A DNA stretch of 64,000 nt. It comes from Patescibacteria group bacterium. GTDB lineage: Bacteria > Patescibacteriota > Minisyncoccia > Minisyncoccales > UBA5738. Position numbers and translations under genes: made by a program. The stretch lies in the NCBI GenBank assembly GCA_022710775.1, contig JAKLGH010000004.1:9277-73276 (forward strand), in the 5' to 3' direction. How positions within the stretch are numbered: position 1 is the stretch's first letter; each line of letters begins with the position of its first letter. The notes under the pieces were generated by a model, which worked only from the letters and a program-made list of their open reading frames with translations, ran no database searches and had not been told where the DNA came from. Shown here in pieces: positions 53,841 through 62,795 of this stretch.

Positions 53841-54398
53841 ATGGAATACAAAGAAATAATAAAAAGGAGCACGCCTGAAATGGATAAGGCTATTGCTTAC
53901 TTTGAGCGGGAATTATCAAAGATCCATACGGGGAGAGCAAGCGCGGCGATTGTCGAAGATTTGGTTGTCGATTGTTTCGGGCAAAAAATGCCGTTGAAGC
54001 AATTGGCGATGATCTCGATCCCTGAACCGCGCCAAATCGTCATCCAGCCATGGGATAAATCATATTTCGAAGGGATACAGAACGCGATAAAGCAATCGCA
54101 GCTCGGATTGGCGCCCATCGCGGACCAGAATGTCATCCGTATTTCGATGCCTGATCTGACCAGCGATTACCGCCAAGGTTTGGCAAAGGTTATATCGAAG
54201 ACCCAGGAAGAAGCGCGGCAGGCGATAAGGCGCTTGAGGGATCAAGCTTGGTCGGAAATCCAAAAAAGGGAAAGGGATGGCGAGGTTCGCGAAGATGACA
54301 AATTCAAAGCCAAGGATGAATTGCAAAAGATTATCGATGAATACGGAAAAAAGATCGAGGCAAGCGGCGAGCGCAAGAAAAAAGAAATCGCCCAATAA
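53841..54398 (+). CDS. frr: Ribosome recycling factor
   Basis: 185 aa. RTGRASAAIVEDL and IPEPR..VIQPWD motifs. Confidence 0.9.
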   Translation: MEYKEIIKRSTPEMDKAIAYFERELSKIHTGRASAAIVEDLVVDCFGQKMPLKQLAMISIPEPRQIVIQPWDKSYFEGIQNAIKQSQLGLAPIADQNVIRISMPDLTSDYRQGLAKVISKTQEEARQAIRRLRDQAWSEIQKRERDGEVREDDKFKAKDELQKIIDEYGKKIEASGERKKKEIAQ

Positions 54399-54485
54399 TA
54401 ACTTTAAACTTTAGCTGCTGGCTATAAGCTTTTTGACGCAACGCTTTTAATAATGGTCAAAGACCGACAGTAAGCGGTTAATCAT

Positions 54486-55577
54486 TTGATGGCAATATCT
54501 ATCATTGTCGTTTTTCTCAGCCTGATCGGATTGATCACGCTTCATGAGTTCGGCCATTTCATTCTGGCGCGGCTTTTTAAGGTAAAAGTGGAGGAATTTG
54601 GAATTTTTCTGCCGCCAAGAATCTTCGGAAAACAAATAGGGGAAACAATCTGGTCGCTGAACGCTTTACCATTGGGCGCTTTTGTCAAACTTTACGGCGA
54701 GGATGGACGGATGGAGGATTCCAGAAGCTTTGCGAGCAAGCCTGTTTGGCAGAGGGCGTTAATCGTCGCAGGCGGCGTAATCTCTTTCTGGCTGATAGCG
54801 GTTGTTATTTTCGCTTATGTTTATACGACCGGATCGGTCCAGCCTGTTCTTGATACGGACGAAGTTTTTGATGCTAAGGTGCAGGTTACGGGTATTTCTC
54901 CCAATTCCCCGGCCAGCCAGGCCGATGTCCGGCCCGGCGATTTTATCAAAAAACTGAACCTTGCTTCCGATCCAGTCCAAACCTCCGTTATTGATAAAGT
55001 AACTCAAGTCCAGGATTTCACCAGCGTCCATAAAGGACAGCCGGTCGTAATGGAGGTTCAAAGGGGCAACGAAACGCTATTTCTGAATTTAACGCCCAGA
55101 GTTGATCCTCCTGACGGGGAGGGAGCGGTGGGCATTTCTTTAGCCAGAACGGCTTACGTATCTTACGGCCTTTCACAAGCGGCCGTGAAAAGCGTTACGA
55201 CAACCTGGGATATAACCGTTAATTTCTTCTCGGGTTGGAGCCAGATCATCAAACGTTTGGCAAGCGGGCAAGGCATGCCGCCGGGAACGCAGTTTGTCGG
55301 GCCGATCGGCATCGGAAATATGATGAACCAGGCGGCTCAAATGGGATTGAACTATTATCTTCAATTCGTTGCCGTAATTTCGGTTTATCTGGCGATTTTC
55401 AACGCCCTTCCGATACCGGCTTTAGACGGCGGAAAGCTGGTTTTTCTGGGAATTGAAGCGTTGAGGCGGAGACCGGTATCGGAAAGGATCGAACAAACCA
55501 TAACCGCTGTTTTCTTTTTCATTTTGATCGCGCTCTCGATATTTGCCACTATTGGAGATATTTCCCGGCTTTTCTAA
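54486..55577 (+). CDS. rseP: RIP metalloprotease RseP (M50 with PDZ domain)
   Basis: HEFGHF (HExxH), a PDZ-like middle region, and NALPIPALDGG. 363 aa. Confidence 0.85.
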   Translation: MMAISIIVVFLSLIGLITLHEFGHFILARLFKVKVEEFGIFLPPRIFGKQIGETIWSLNALPLGAFVKLYGEDGRMEDSRSFASKPVWQRALIVAGGVISFWLIAVVIFAYVYTTGSVQPVLDTDEVFDAKVQVTGISPNSPASQADVRPGDFIKKLNLASDPVQTSVIDKVTQVQDFTSVHKGQPVVMEVQRGNETLFLNLTPRVDPPDGEGAVGISLARTAYVSYGLSQAAVKSVTTTWDITVNFFSGWSQIIKRLASGQGMPPGTQFVGPIGIGNMMNQAAQMGLNYYLQFVAVISVYLAIFNALPIPALDGGKLVFLGIEALRRRPVSERIEQTITAVFFFILIALSIFATIGDISRLF

Positions 55578-55593
55578 TGTTTTTTAAAGAGCC

Positions 55594-56850
55594 ATGAAAC
55601 AAAGCAATCTATTCAGCAAAACAAGAAAAGAAGCGCCTAACGACGAGGCCAGCGCTTCCGCCCGGTTTTTGATCCGGGGCGGTTTTGTTGAAAAGATCGG
55701 AGCCGGGATTTACGCTATGCTTCCCTTGGGTTTGCGCGTTTTAAACAAAATAGAAAAGATTATCGCCCAGGAAATGGATGCCATCGGAGGCCAGCGCATC
55801 CTGATGACGGCGTTAATGCCCAAAAAGAATTGGGAGACGACCGGACGCTGGTCAAGCCTGGATGTTTTATTTAAGATCGAACGCGAAAAAGGCGAGTCTT
55901 ATGCTTTGGGTGCGACCCACGAGGAAGAGGTTGTTCCTTTAGTTCAGAAATTCGTTTATTCCTACAAAGACCTGCCGTTTTCCGTTTACCAGATCCAAAC
56001 CAAATTTCGCGACGAGCTGCGCGCCAAATCAGGCCTTCTTAGATTGCGGGAGTTTTCGATGAAAGACTTGTATTCCTTCCATGCCGATGAAGCCGGATTG
56101 GATGTTTTTTACGAAAAAGCCAAGGACGCTTATTTTAAAGTTTATGAACGGACGGGAATAAAAGACAAGACTTTTCTCACTTTTGCCAGCGGCGGTTCTT
56201 TCGCCAAATTTTCCCATGAGTTCCAAATGATTACGGACGCGGGAGAAGATATTATCCATATCTGCAAGAAATGCGGTTTGGCGATCAATAAGGAAATTAA
56301 AGAAGAATATCCTGTTTGTCCGGAGTGCCAATGCGCTGAATTCGAAGAAAAGAAAGCTATTGAGGTTGGTAACATCTTCAAGTTGAAAACCAAATATTCG
56401 GATCCGTTCAATCTCCAGTTTACCGATAAGGACGGGCAGAAAAAATTGGTGATCATGGGAACCTACGGAATCGGCCTGACCCGTTTGATGGGCGCCGTGG
56501 CGGAAGCGCACCATGACGAATCCGGGATTATCTGGCCCAGGGAGATAGCGCCTTTCGATGTTCATTTGATCGCGCTTAATTCTACCGACGAAGCGGTTTA
56601 CGGCAAGGTTAAAAACGCTGCCGATAAATTATACTTTGATTTACAAAAAGCGGGTTTGGAAGTATTATACGACGACAGAGCTGAAAAATCGGCAGGAGAA
56701 AAATTCAAAGACAGCGATCTTTTGGGGATACCTTCCAGGATCGTGGTCAGCGAAAAAACCCTGCAAAAAGACAGCGTGGAGCAAAAAAACAGGAATTCAA
56801 AAGACCAAAAGCTTATTTTGCTGAGCGAGGCGGATCCGCGAAACTTATAA
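55594..56850 (+). CDS. proS: Proline--tRNA ligase, short form (Zn-ribbon insert instead of the INS editing domain)
   Basis: MKQSNLFSKTRKEAP...FLIRGGF N-terminus, class II motifs, CKKCG...CPECQC, and a C-terminal anticodon-binding domain. 418 aa. Confidence 0.85.
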   Translation: MKQSNLFSKTRKEAPNDEASASARFLIRGGFVEKIGAGIYAMLPLGLRVLNKIEKIIAQEMDAIGGQRILMTALMPKKNWETTGRWSSLDVLFKIEREKGESYALGATHEEEVVPLVQKFVYSYKDLPFSVYQIQTKFRDELRAKSGLLRLREFSMKDLYSFHADEAGLDVFYEKAKDAYFKVYERTGIKDKTFLTFASGGSFAKFSHEFQMITDAGEDIIHICKKCGLAINKEIKEEYPVCPECQCAEFEEKKAIEVGNIFKLKTKYSDPFNLQFTDKDGQKKLVIMGTYGIGLTRLMGAVAEAHHDESGIIWPREIAPFDVHLIALNSTDEAVYGKVKNAADKLYFDLQKAGLEVLYDDRAEKSAGEKFKDSDLLGIPSRIVVSEKTLQKDSVEQKNRNSKDQKLILLSEADPRNL

Positions 56851-56859
56851 TCAACTTCA

Positions 56860-57966
56860 ATGCTTAAATTCTGGGATAATTTCAAGAAACTGTTTTCCGA
56901 GGATATGGCGATCGATTTGGGTACGGCCAATTCCAGGGTTTATGTCCGCGGCCGCGGAATCGTGATCCAAGAACCGTCGGTGGTAGCCGTCAACCAAAAA
57001 ACCGGGCAAATACTGGCCGTCGGCGAAGAAGCGAAAAAAATGGTGGGACGCACTCCGTCCCATATCGTGGCAGTAAGGCCTCTGCGCTCCGGAGTTATCT
57101 CGGACTTTGAAGTGACGGAACAGATGCTCCGGTATTTCATTGAGAAAGCCCGGAAGAAAAAATTAATATTCAATATCCGGCCGCGGATAATCGTTGGTGT
57201 TCCTTTCGGAGTCACCGAAGTGGAAAAGAAAGCGGTAATCGATGCCGGCATATCGGCCGGGGCGCGCGAGGTTTTTTTGATCGACGAACCGATGGCTTCG
57301 GCTATCGGAACCCGTTTGCCGGTACAGGAAGCAGTTGGGAATTTCGTTGTCAATATCGGCGGCGGTACGGCTGAAATCGCGGTTATTTCGCTGGGCGGCA
57401 TCGTTTTGGGGAAGAGTTTGCGCGTCGCGGGCGACAAACTTTGCGAAGATATTATCCAATTTGTTCAGGAAGAATACAAGCTGCTGATCGGGGAGAGAAT
57501 GGCCGAGAACATCAAAATAGGCATAGGATTGGCTTACCAGGTTGACCAAAGCGGGCCGGTTCAAAAAGGCGTTGTTGGCGCGAAGAAACCTCCGAGGCGC
57601 GATTTTAAGATGCGGGGGCGCAATCTGGTGACCGGTTTGCCCGAAGAGATTGTGATTTCCGAGGATGAGATCAGGCGCGCCATCGAGAAGTCGGTTAAGC
57701 AGATCGTATCCGAAATTAAAATGGCCATTGAGGAAACACCGCCCGAATTGATAGCCGATATCATGTCCAACGGCATCTACTTGGCCGGCGGGGGGAGCCA
57801 GCTGCGGGGACTGGATGTATTGATAGAGAAAGAAACCCGTATTCCGGTCAAGGTCGTGGAAGATCCGATGACTTCGGTTGTCCGCGGCGCAGGAATGGTG
57901 CTGGAAAACCTGGACAAATTGCGCGAGGTCCTGATCGAAACCAAGGAACTGGAACCGCCGAAGTAG
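56860..57966 (+). CDS. mreB: Rod-shape protein MreB (paralog 2, with an internal insertion)
   Basis: MAIDLGTANSRVYV...EPSVVAV and NIGGGTAEIAV. 368 aa. Confidence 0.85.
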   Translation: MLKFWDNFKKLFSEDMAIDLGTANSRVYVRGRGIVIQEPSVVAVNQKTGQILAVGEEAKKMVGRTPSHIVAVRPLRSGVISDFEVTEQMLRYFIEKARKKKLIFNIRPRIIVGVPFGVTEVEKKAVIDAGISAGAREVFLIDEPMASAIGTRLPVQEAVGNFVVNIGGGTAEIAVISLGGIVLGKSLRVAGDKLCEDIIQFVQEEYKLLIGERMAENIKIGIGLAYQVDQSGPVQKGVVGAKKPPRRDFKMRGRNLVTGLPEEIVISEDEIRRAIEKSVKQIVSEIKMAIEETPPELIADIMSNGIYLAGGGSQLRGLDVLIEKETRIPVKVVEDPMTSVVRGAGMVLENLDKLREVLIETKELEPPK

Positions 57967-58023
57967 GGAGGACAGCTGATTAAGTCCATTAAGCTTATTA
58001 AGCAAAAGCCAAGAACAATAAAC

Positions 58024-58045
58024 CCGCGTAAACCCGCGGTTTTTT
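58024..58045 (+). terminator. Rho-independent terminator after mreB paralog 2
   Basis: ccgcg-N6-cgcgg followed by TTTTTT. Confidence 0.6.
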
Positions 58046-58065
58046 GTAAAAGAAAATGACGGTTT

Positions 58066-58593
58066 TTATCCGTCATATCGTACAAAATTTTCTGCCGGCT
58101 GCCAACCGTAAGAGCTTCCCTGCAGGCCATAGATATGGACTTCTTTTACCGATACGTCCGGCAGGCCTTCGCAAACAAAGCATGGGTCGTTGCCGCACTC
58201 ATGTCCTATGGGCGCCAAGGAACTGTCTTTTCGCAGCGACGTTCTTTCTTCGATCACCCAGAAGACTTGTCCAACTTGAGGCTGTCGTCCGCGGGTTCCC
58301 GGATAGAGCTGGCCGATCTTGATGGCTTTAACTTTGTAATTTGTTTCTTTAACTGTTTTTTTGGCCGTTTGTATCGCGATTAAATAAATATTTGTCGCAA
58401 CGATTCCAGCCGCTTCGGCGTAGATGAATGGCCAAACCGCCATAGCCTTGAAGGGCCAGCCGAAAAACAAATAGACCAAAAGAACAATTGAGGGTAGAAT
58501 TATCCATCGATTTCTTGTCGTACCAATTATAAACCCTCCAACCGCTAGCAAGGCGCCGAACAGGAACGCGGCGATCATGGTAAATATTTCCAC
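58066..58593 (-). CDS. Hypothetical membrane protein (175 aa: 3 TM plus a Cys-containing C-terminal domain)
   Basis: GTG start preceded by AAGGAGG. Has its own TTGACA-17-TAATGT promoter. C-terminal GHECGNDPCFVCEG. Confidence 0.55.
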   Translation of the reverse strand: MEIFTMIAAFLFGALLAVGGFIIGTTRNRWIILPSIVLLVYLFFGWPFKAMAVWPFIYAEAAGIVATNIYLIAIQTAKKTVKETNYKVKAIKIGQLYPGTRGRQPQVGQVFWVIEERTSLRKDSSLAPIGHECGNDPCFVCEGLPDVSVKEVHIYGLQGSSYGWQPAENFVRYDG

Positions 58594-58616
58594 TTCCGTA
58601 CCTCCTTATTATTTAC

Positions 58617-58645
58617 ACATTAACACTTTATTTTATTTTTGTCAA
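58617..58645 (-). promoter_or_regulatory. Sigma70-like promoter of the 175-aa ORF
   Basis: Minus strand: TTGACA, 17 nt, TAATGT. Confidence 0.5.
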
Positions 58646-58669
58646 CAAAAAAACTGCGTTGGCCGCAGT
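58646..58669 (-). terminator. Rho-independent terminator after the 55-aa ORF
   Basis: Minus strand: actgcg-gccaa-cgcagt followed by T7. Confidence 0.65.
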
Positions 58670-58690
58670 TCAATTCAAACGAAGCATTGT

Positions 58691-58858
58691 TTACTTTAGC
58701 TCCACTGCCAGTATTTTTCCCGGACAATCGGGAGATACCGCGGCATGGGCCGACTCGATCTTTTCCAGCTGACGCGAAGCTTCTCCGAACAAGTATATAT
58801 CAACGGTTCCGGTTTTTCCGCAATCTTCGCATTTCCATATTGCATTTGCCCGATTCAT
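58691..58858 (-). CDS. Small Cys-containing protein (55 aa, zinc-ribbon-like)
   Basis: Below the track cutoff: MNRANAIWKCEDCGKTGTVDIYLF...SPDCPGKILAVELK. GGAGG lies 7 nt before the ATG. Confidence 0.5.
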   Translation of the reverse strand: MNRANAIWKCEDCGKTGTVDIYLFGEASRQLEKIESAHAAVSPDCPGKILAVELK

Positions 58859-58906
58859 TTTCTTGCCTCCATTACTTGTCTATTTGTAGCATAAAAAAAC
58901 GCAGCG

Positions 58907-59275
58907 TCAATTTTCCGGGGGTAAATATGATGAAAAGCTAGTCCGTGTTGGATCTAGCTTTCTTGATTTTTCCTCGCAGTCCGGGTGGGGAAGACACAAC
59001 GGTCTTTTATCCACCGGCAAGGCGCCGTCTATCGCCCAGCCGCATACGGGGCAGACTTCGTAGCCCATCTGGTCGGCTAACTCTTTTTGCAGGTCGCCGG
59101 CCGCGAGATAGCGGGCCGTGCTGTCCGTTAAGGCCCATCGCGCCAGCAGGGCGGAAAGGTCGCTATTCAGTTCACCGTGGAATACCTTGGTATTCCGTTC
59201 GAGCCAGAATCCGGAGCGAAATAGCATTACGAGGATCATGGCGTAAATATTCCATCCAACATTCATTTCAATCAA
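58907..59275 (-). CDS. Hypothetical protein (122 aa: N-terminal TM plus a CPVC...C...C region)
   Basis: ORF track entry, visibly more G+C-rich than its surroundings. No family recognised. Confidence 0.45.
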   Translation of the reverse strand: MIEMNVGWNIYAMILVMLFRSGFWLERNTKVFHGELNSDLSALLARWALTDSTARYLAAGDLQKELADQMGYEVCPVCGWAIDGALPVDKRPLCLPHPDCEEKSRKLDPTRTSFSSYLPPEN

Positions 59276-59475
59276 CCCTTAAGTTTAATTTAATAATTAT
59301 AGAATAAATATTATCTTATGTCAAGATTAACAAACTTTCTGGTTTGGGTTAAACTGAATTTGTGAACGCGTTTAAAAACGTGCATTTTAACTTAAAAAGC
59401 TTAAAAAACTTAATAGGCTTAATGAGCTTAAAAGCTTGATTAACTTAGTAAGCTTGCTTATTGGCTATTCTTAAT

Positions 59476-59766
59476 ATGCTTTCCAAAGAAGAAACAAAAC
59501 ATATTGCCAAGCTGGCCCGTTTGGGGCTAAGCGAAACCGAAATAGAAAGGTACCAAAAGGATCTGTCCTCGATTTTGGATTACATTGAAAAACTAAAAGA
59601 GGTTGATATCAAAGGAACCAAACCATTTACGCATCCGATCGAAATATCCAACATAACCCGGATTGATAAGGCTAAGCCCCAGCCGACTGAAATCGCAAAA
59701 AAGCTTATCGATCTTATGCCCGGCCAAAAGGACGGTTATTTGAAAGTTAAATCAGTATTCGAATGA
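59476..59766 (+). CDS. gatC: Glu/Asp-tRNA amidotransferase subunit C
   Basis: In-frame ATG at 59476 gives 96 aa. HIAKLARLGLSETE motif. Overlaps the gatA start. Confidence 0.88.
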   Translation: MLSKEETKHIAKLARLGLSETEIERYQKDLSSILDYIEKLKEVDIKGTKPFTHPIEISNITRIDKAKPQPTEIAKKLIDLMPGQKDGYLKVKSVFE

Positions 59767-61184
59767 ACATGAAAAACTTTCCGCAAACGATCAAAAAAAT
59801 ACAAGAGGGTTTGAAAAAAAAGGATTTTACCGCAAGCGAACTGGCCAATTCTTACCTGGAAGCGATCAAAGAAGAGAATGAAAAAATTTTCGCCTTTTTG
59901 AACATAACCGAAGATTTGGCTTTAAGCCAAGCCAAAGCGGTTGACGAATCGATTGCCAAAGGGGAGGATCTGCCGTTACTTGCCGGAGTGCCTTGCGCTA
60001 TTAAGGACAATATGCTGGTCGAGGGCGTAAAATGCACGTCCGCGTCCAGGATTTTGGAAAACTACGTTGCGCCTTACGACGCTACGGTAGTTAAAAAATT
60101 GAAAGACCGGAAAGCGGTGATCCTTGGCAAGACCAATATGGATGAATTTGCCATGGGAAGTTCCACGGAGAATTCGGCTTACGGCGTAACCCGTAATCCG
60201 CGGGATCTGGAGCGCGTTCCCGGGGGATCGTCGGGCGGTTCGGCTGCGGCGGTCGCATCCGGCCAGGCTGTTTTTGCCTTGGGATCCGATACCGGCGGAT
60301 CGATCCGCCAGCCTGCTTTTTGCTGCGGGATTGCGGGATTGAAACCGACCTACGGATCGGTTTCGCGCTATGGCCTTATGGCTTACGCTTCTTCGCTGGA
60401 CCAGATTGGTCCGCTTGCGAATAACGTTGAAGATGCCAGGATCGTGTTTGAAGCGATCTCGGGCCGCGATCCATTGGATAGCACTTCCTGCGAATTGAAA
60501 CCTTTTTTGGAAACGCAAGGAAAAAAATTTACCGTTGGAGTTCCCAAGGAATATTTTATCAAGGGAATTGATCCGGAGATTGAGAAAATCGTGAAGGGAA
60601 AGATCGAACAATACCTTGCCCTAGGCCACAAGATCGAAGAAATAAGCCTGCCCCACACTGAATACGCTTTGGCGTGCTATTACATTATAGCCACTTCGGA
60701 GGCCAGCGCGAATCTTGCGCGCTTTGACGGGATCAGGTACGGTTATTCTTCGAAGGAAGCCAAAAGCCTGTTGGAAATATATATGCAGAGCCGAGCCGAG
60801 GGATTCGGGGCGGAAGTCCGCCGCCGCGTCATGCTGGGCACTTACGTGCTTTCGGCCGGATATTACGACGCTTATTATCTGCGCGCCCAGAAAGTACGCG
60901 CGCTTATCAAGCAGGATTTCGATAAAGCGTTTGAAAAAGTTGACGCCATTTTTACCCCAACTTCCCCAAGCCTGGCTTTTAAGATCGGGGAGAGAACCCA
61001 GGATCCGCTGCAGATGTATCTGTCTGATATTTTTACCGTATCCGTCAATTTGGCGGGTGTGCCCGCGATTTCGGTTCCTTGCGGAAAGATCGGTGACCTG
61101 CCCGTCGGTTTGCAGGTTATCGGTAAACCGTTCGAAGAAGCAACGCTTTTCGCGATAGCCAAGGATCTCGAAGATCAAATATAA
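59763..61184 (+). CDS. gatA: Glu/Asp-tRNA amidotransferase subunit A
   Basis: Amidase signature GGSSGGSAAAVA...GSDTGGSIRQPA. 473 aa. Confidence 0.92.
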   Translation: MNMKNFPQTIKKIQEGLKKKDFTASELANSYLEAIKEENEKIFAFLNITEDLALSQAKAVDESIAKGEDLPLLAGVPCAIKDNMLVEGVKCTSASRILENYVAPYDATVVKKLKDRKAVILGKTNMDEFAMGSSTENSAYGVTRNPRDLERVPGGSSGGSAAAVASGQAVFALGSDTGGSIRQPAFCCGIAGLKPTYGSVSRYGLMAYASSLDQIGPLANNVEDARIVFEAISGRDPLDSTSCELKPFLETQGKKFTVGVPKEYFIKGIDPEIEKIVKGKIEQYLALGHKIEEISLPHTEYALACYYIIATSEASANLARFDGIRYGYSSKEAKSLLEIYMQSRAEGFGAEVRRRVMLGTYVLSAGYYDAYYLRAQKVRALIKQDFDKAFEKVDAIFTPTSPSLAFKIGERTQDPLQMYLSDIFTVSVNLAGVPAISVPCGKIGDLPVGLQVIGKPFEEATLFAIAKDLEDQI

Positions 61185-61705
61185 TGAATCAGCTTTCCCA
61201 AACCGAGATTGACGCAATATTGTTTCCTCCGATAGCCGGCTGGTTTCTAGCGGCCAAGATTTTTTGTATTTTGATTTCCGTTTCCATTATTATTTTTATC
61301 ATTTACGTTTGGTTTACGACTCCCTGGTTAAAAAGGCTGGTTATCTGGGATTTGATGGAATTTTTCACTTTCCGGCCCTACGTTATTAAAAAAATAGACA
61401 AGCAATGGATGAAGATCCTCCAGCGTTTGGAAAGCGAGTTGGAAACCGAATACAAACTGTCGGTGATAGAGGCTGATCTCTTGCTGAACGACGTGATGAA
61501 GCGCCTGGGCAATGAAGGAAAAAACCTGAACGAAAAATTGGAACGGGTGAAACCCGGCGTCTTTTCCCAGCTCCAAACCTTAAAAGAAGCCGATCAGGTC
61601 TATCAGAATCTGGTTTACGATACGAGCTATCATTTAACTCAGTCCGATGCCAAAAGAATAGTGGCGGAGTTTGAGCGCGCGCTTTCGGAATTGGAAGCTT
61701 TTTAG
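61184..61705 (+). CDS. Hypothetical membrane-anchored protein (173 aa)
   Basis: Start overlaps the gatA stop. One or two N-terminal TM segments. No gatB follows. Confidence 0.5.
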   Translation: MNQLSQTEIDAILFPPIAGWFLAAKIFCILISVSIIIFIIYVWFTTPWLKRLVIWDLMEFFTFRPYVIKKIDKQWMKILQRLESELETEYKLSVIEADLLLNDVMKRLGNEGKNLNEKLERVKPGVFSQLQTLKEADQVYQNLVYDTSYHLTQSDAKRIVAEFERALSELEAF

Positions 61706-61834
61706 CGAAACATTTGACAAGCTGCTGAATTTTGGCTAAGACTAAAACGTGATAAAGGGTCAACGGATAGCCCGTTCTGGTTTTTTTTGTTGAATTGCTG
61801 TATACTAAGTACGTTCGTATTTTCTTTCTTTTAT

Positions 61835-61905
61835 CGCGGGGTAGAGAAGTAGTATCTCACCAGTCTCATAAGCTGGAGGCCCTGGTGCAATTCCAGGCCC
61901 CGCAA
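61835..61905 (+). tRNA. tRNA with anticodon CAT (atypical; possible initiator)
   Basis: Hand fold: acceptor CGCGGGG/CCCCGCA gives a C1-A72 mismatch, anticodon loop CTCATAA, T loop TGCAATT, and D loop AGTAGTA with no GG. Confidence 0.6.
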
Positions 61906-61921
61906 CAAGGCAAGCATGAAA

Positions 61922-61993
61922 GCCGGCGTAGCTCAGCGGTAGAGCGAGGTCTTCATAAGGCCGAGGTCGCTGGTTCGATCCCAGCCGTCGGCA
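61922..61993 (+). tRNA. tRNA with anticodon CAT (canonical elongator Met or Ile2-type)
   Basis: Acceptor GCCGGCG/CGTCGGC, D arm GCTC-AGCGGTA-GAGC, anticodon loop TTCATAA, T arm GCTGG-TTCGATC-CCAGC. Confidence 0.8.
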
Positions 61994-62092
61994 CGGCGGA
62001 TTTTATTGGCGTGTTGCGGCGGAGCATAGACCAAAATAAGTTGCAATTAAAAGGATTTTGAGGTAACTGATGATTGCCGTTAAAAATTGTTT

Positions 62093-62167
62093 GGACTCGT
62101 AGTGTAGCCCGGTTAACACGCCTCCCTGTCACGGAGGAGATCACGGGTTCAAATCCCGTCGGGTCCG
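62093..62167 (+). tRNA. tRNA-Asp (anticodon GTC)
   Basis: Acceptor GGACTCG/CGGGTCC, anticodon arm CCTCC-CTGTCAC-GGAGG, T arm ACGGG-TTCAAAT-CCCGT. Confidence 0.85.
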
Positions 62168-62181
62168 CAAAATGGATAAAA

Positions 62182-62208
62182 AAACCAGCCTAAAATGGGT
62201 GGTTTTTT
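62182..62208 (+). terminator. Terminator after the tRNA cluster
   Basis: aaccagcc-N6-gggtggtt (one mismatch) followed by T7. Confidence 0.55.
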
Positions 62209-62306
62209 TGATTCCTGATTAAGGGTGATTCCAAGGTTCTGGACTTTGGCGTAATAATTGACAAATTGGCCTTTTTTGCTATTCATTATCCAGTAGTTTA
62301 AAAAAG

Positions 62307-62795
62307 GTGTCAGAAATGAAAATGGCTTGCGGTAAGAAGAAAAATCCAATTCCGGAGCTTAAGTTTTTTATTACGGAAGCGCTGGGACCGGATGCGGGCA
62401 TCGAAGAAATAAAATTGTCGCATGAAAACTGCGGCGGAGGGAAAGCCCGAATCTCTCTGGCAAAAAAGGAAGAATTTATCATTCATCAAAGTTATTACGG
62501 TGAAATATTGGAAACATCGTTTGGTGTTCCATTGCCGCCAGATTTTATGAGCAGAGTTGTGGGCGATTATCGTAAAAGGTATTTGGTGGGGAATGAACCG
62601 GTTTTAACGATTACCTGTGCTTGCGGTTTTAACACAAACCTGATTCTGGCCAATGGGGGCAGGGAAGCGTTAGTAAATTTGGCCAGATGGGCGACTGAAA
62701 AGCCCAACGCGATCATCGTATCAAGTGCTGATTTGCCTTCATTTTACGGCGGAGAGGTGTTTTTTGGCAGGATGAAGGATGGAAAGGTTTTTTAA
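62307..62795 (+). CDS. Hypothetical protein (162 aa)
   Basis: ORF track entry. AAGGTG precedes the ATG. No family recognised. Confidence 0.45.
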   Translation: MSEMKMACGKKKNPIPELKFFITEALGPDAGIEEIKLSHENCGGGKARISLAKKEEFIIHQSYYGEILETSFGVPLPPDFMSRVVGDYRKRYLVGNEPVLTITCACGFNTNLILANGGREALVNLARWATEKPNAIIVSSADLPSFYGGEVFFGRMKDGKVF

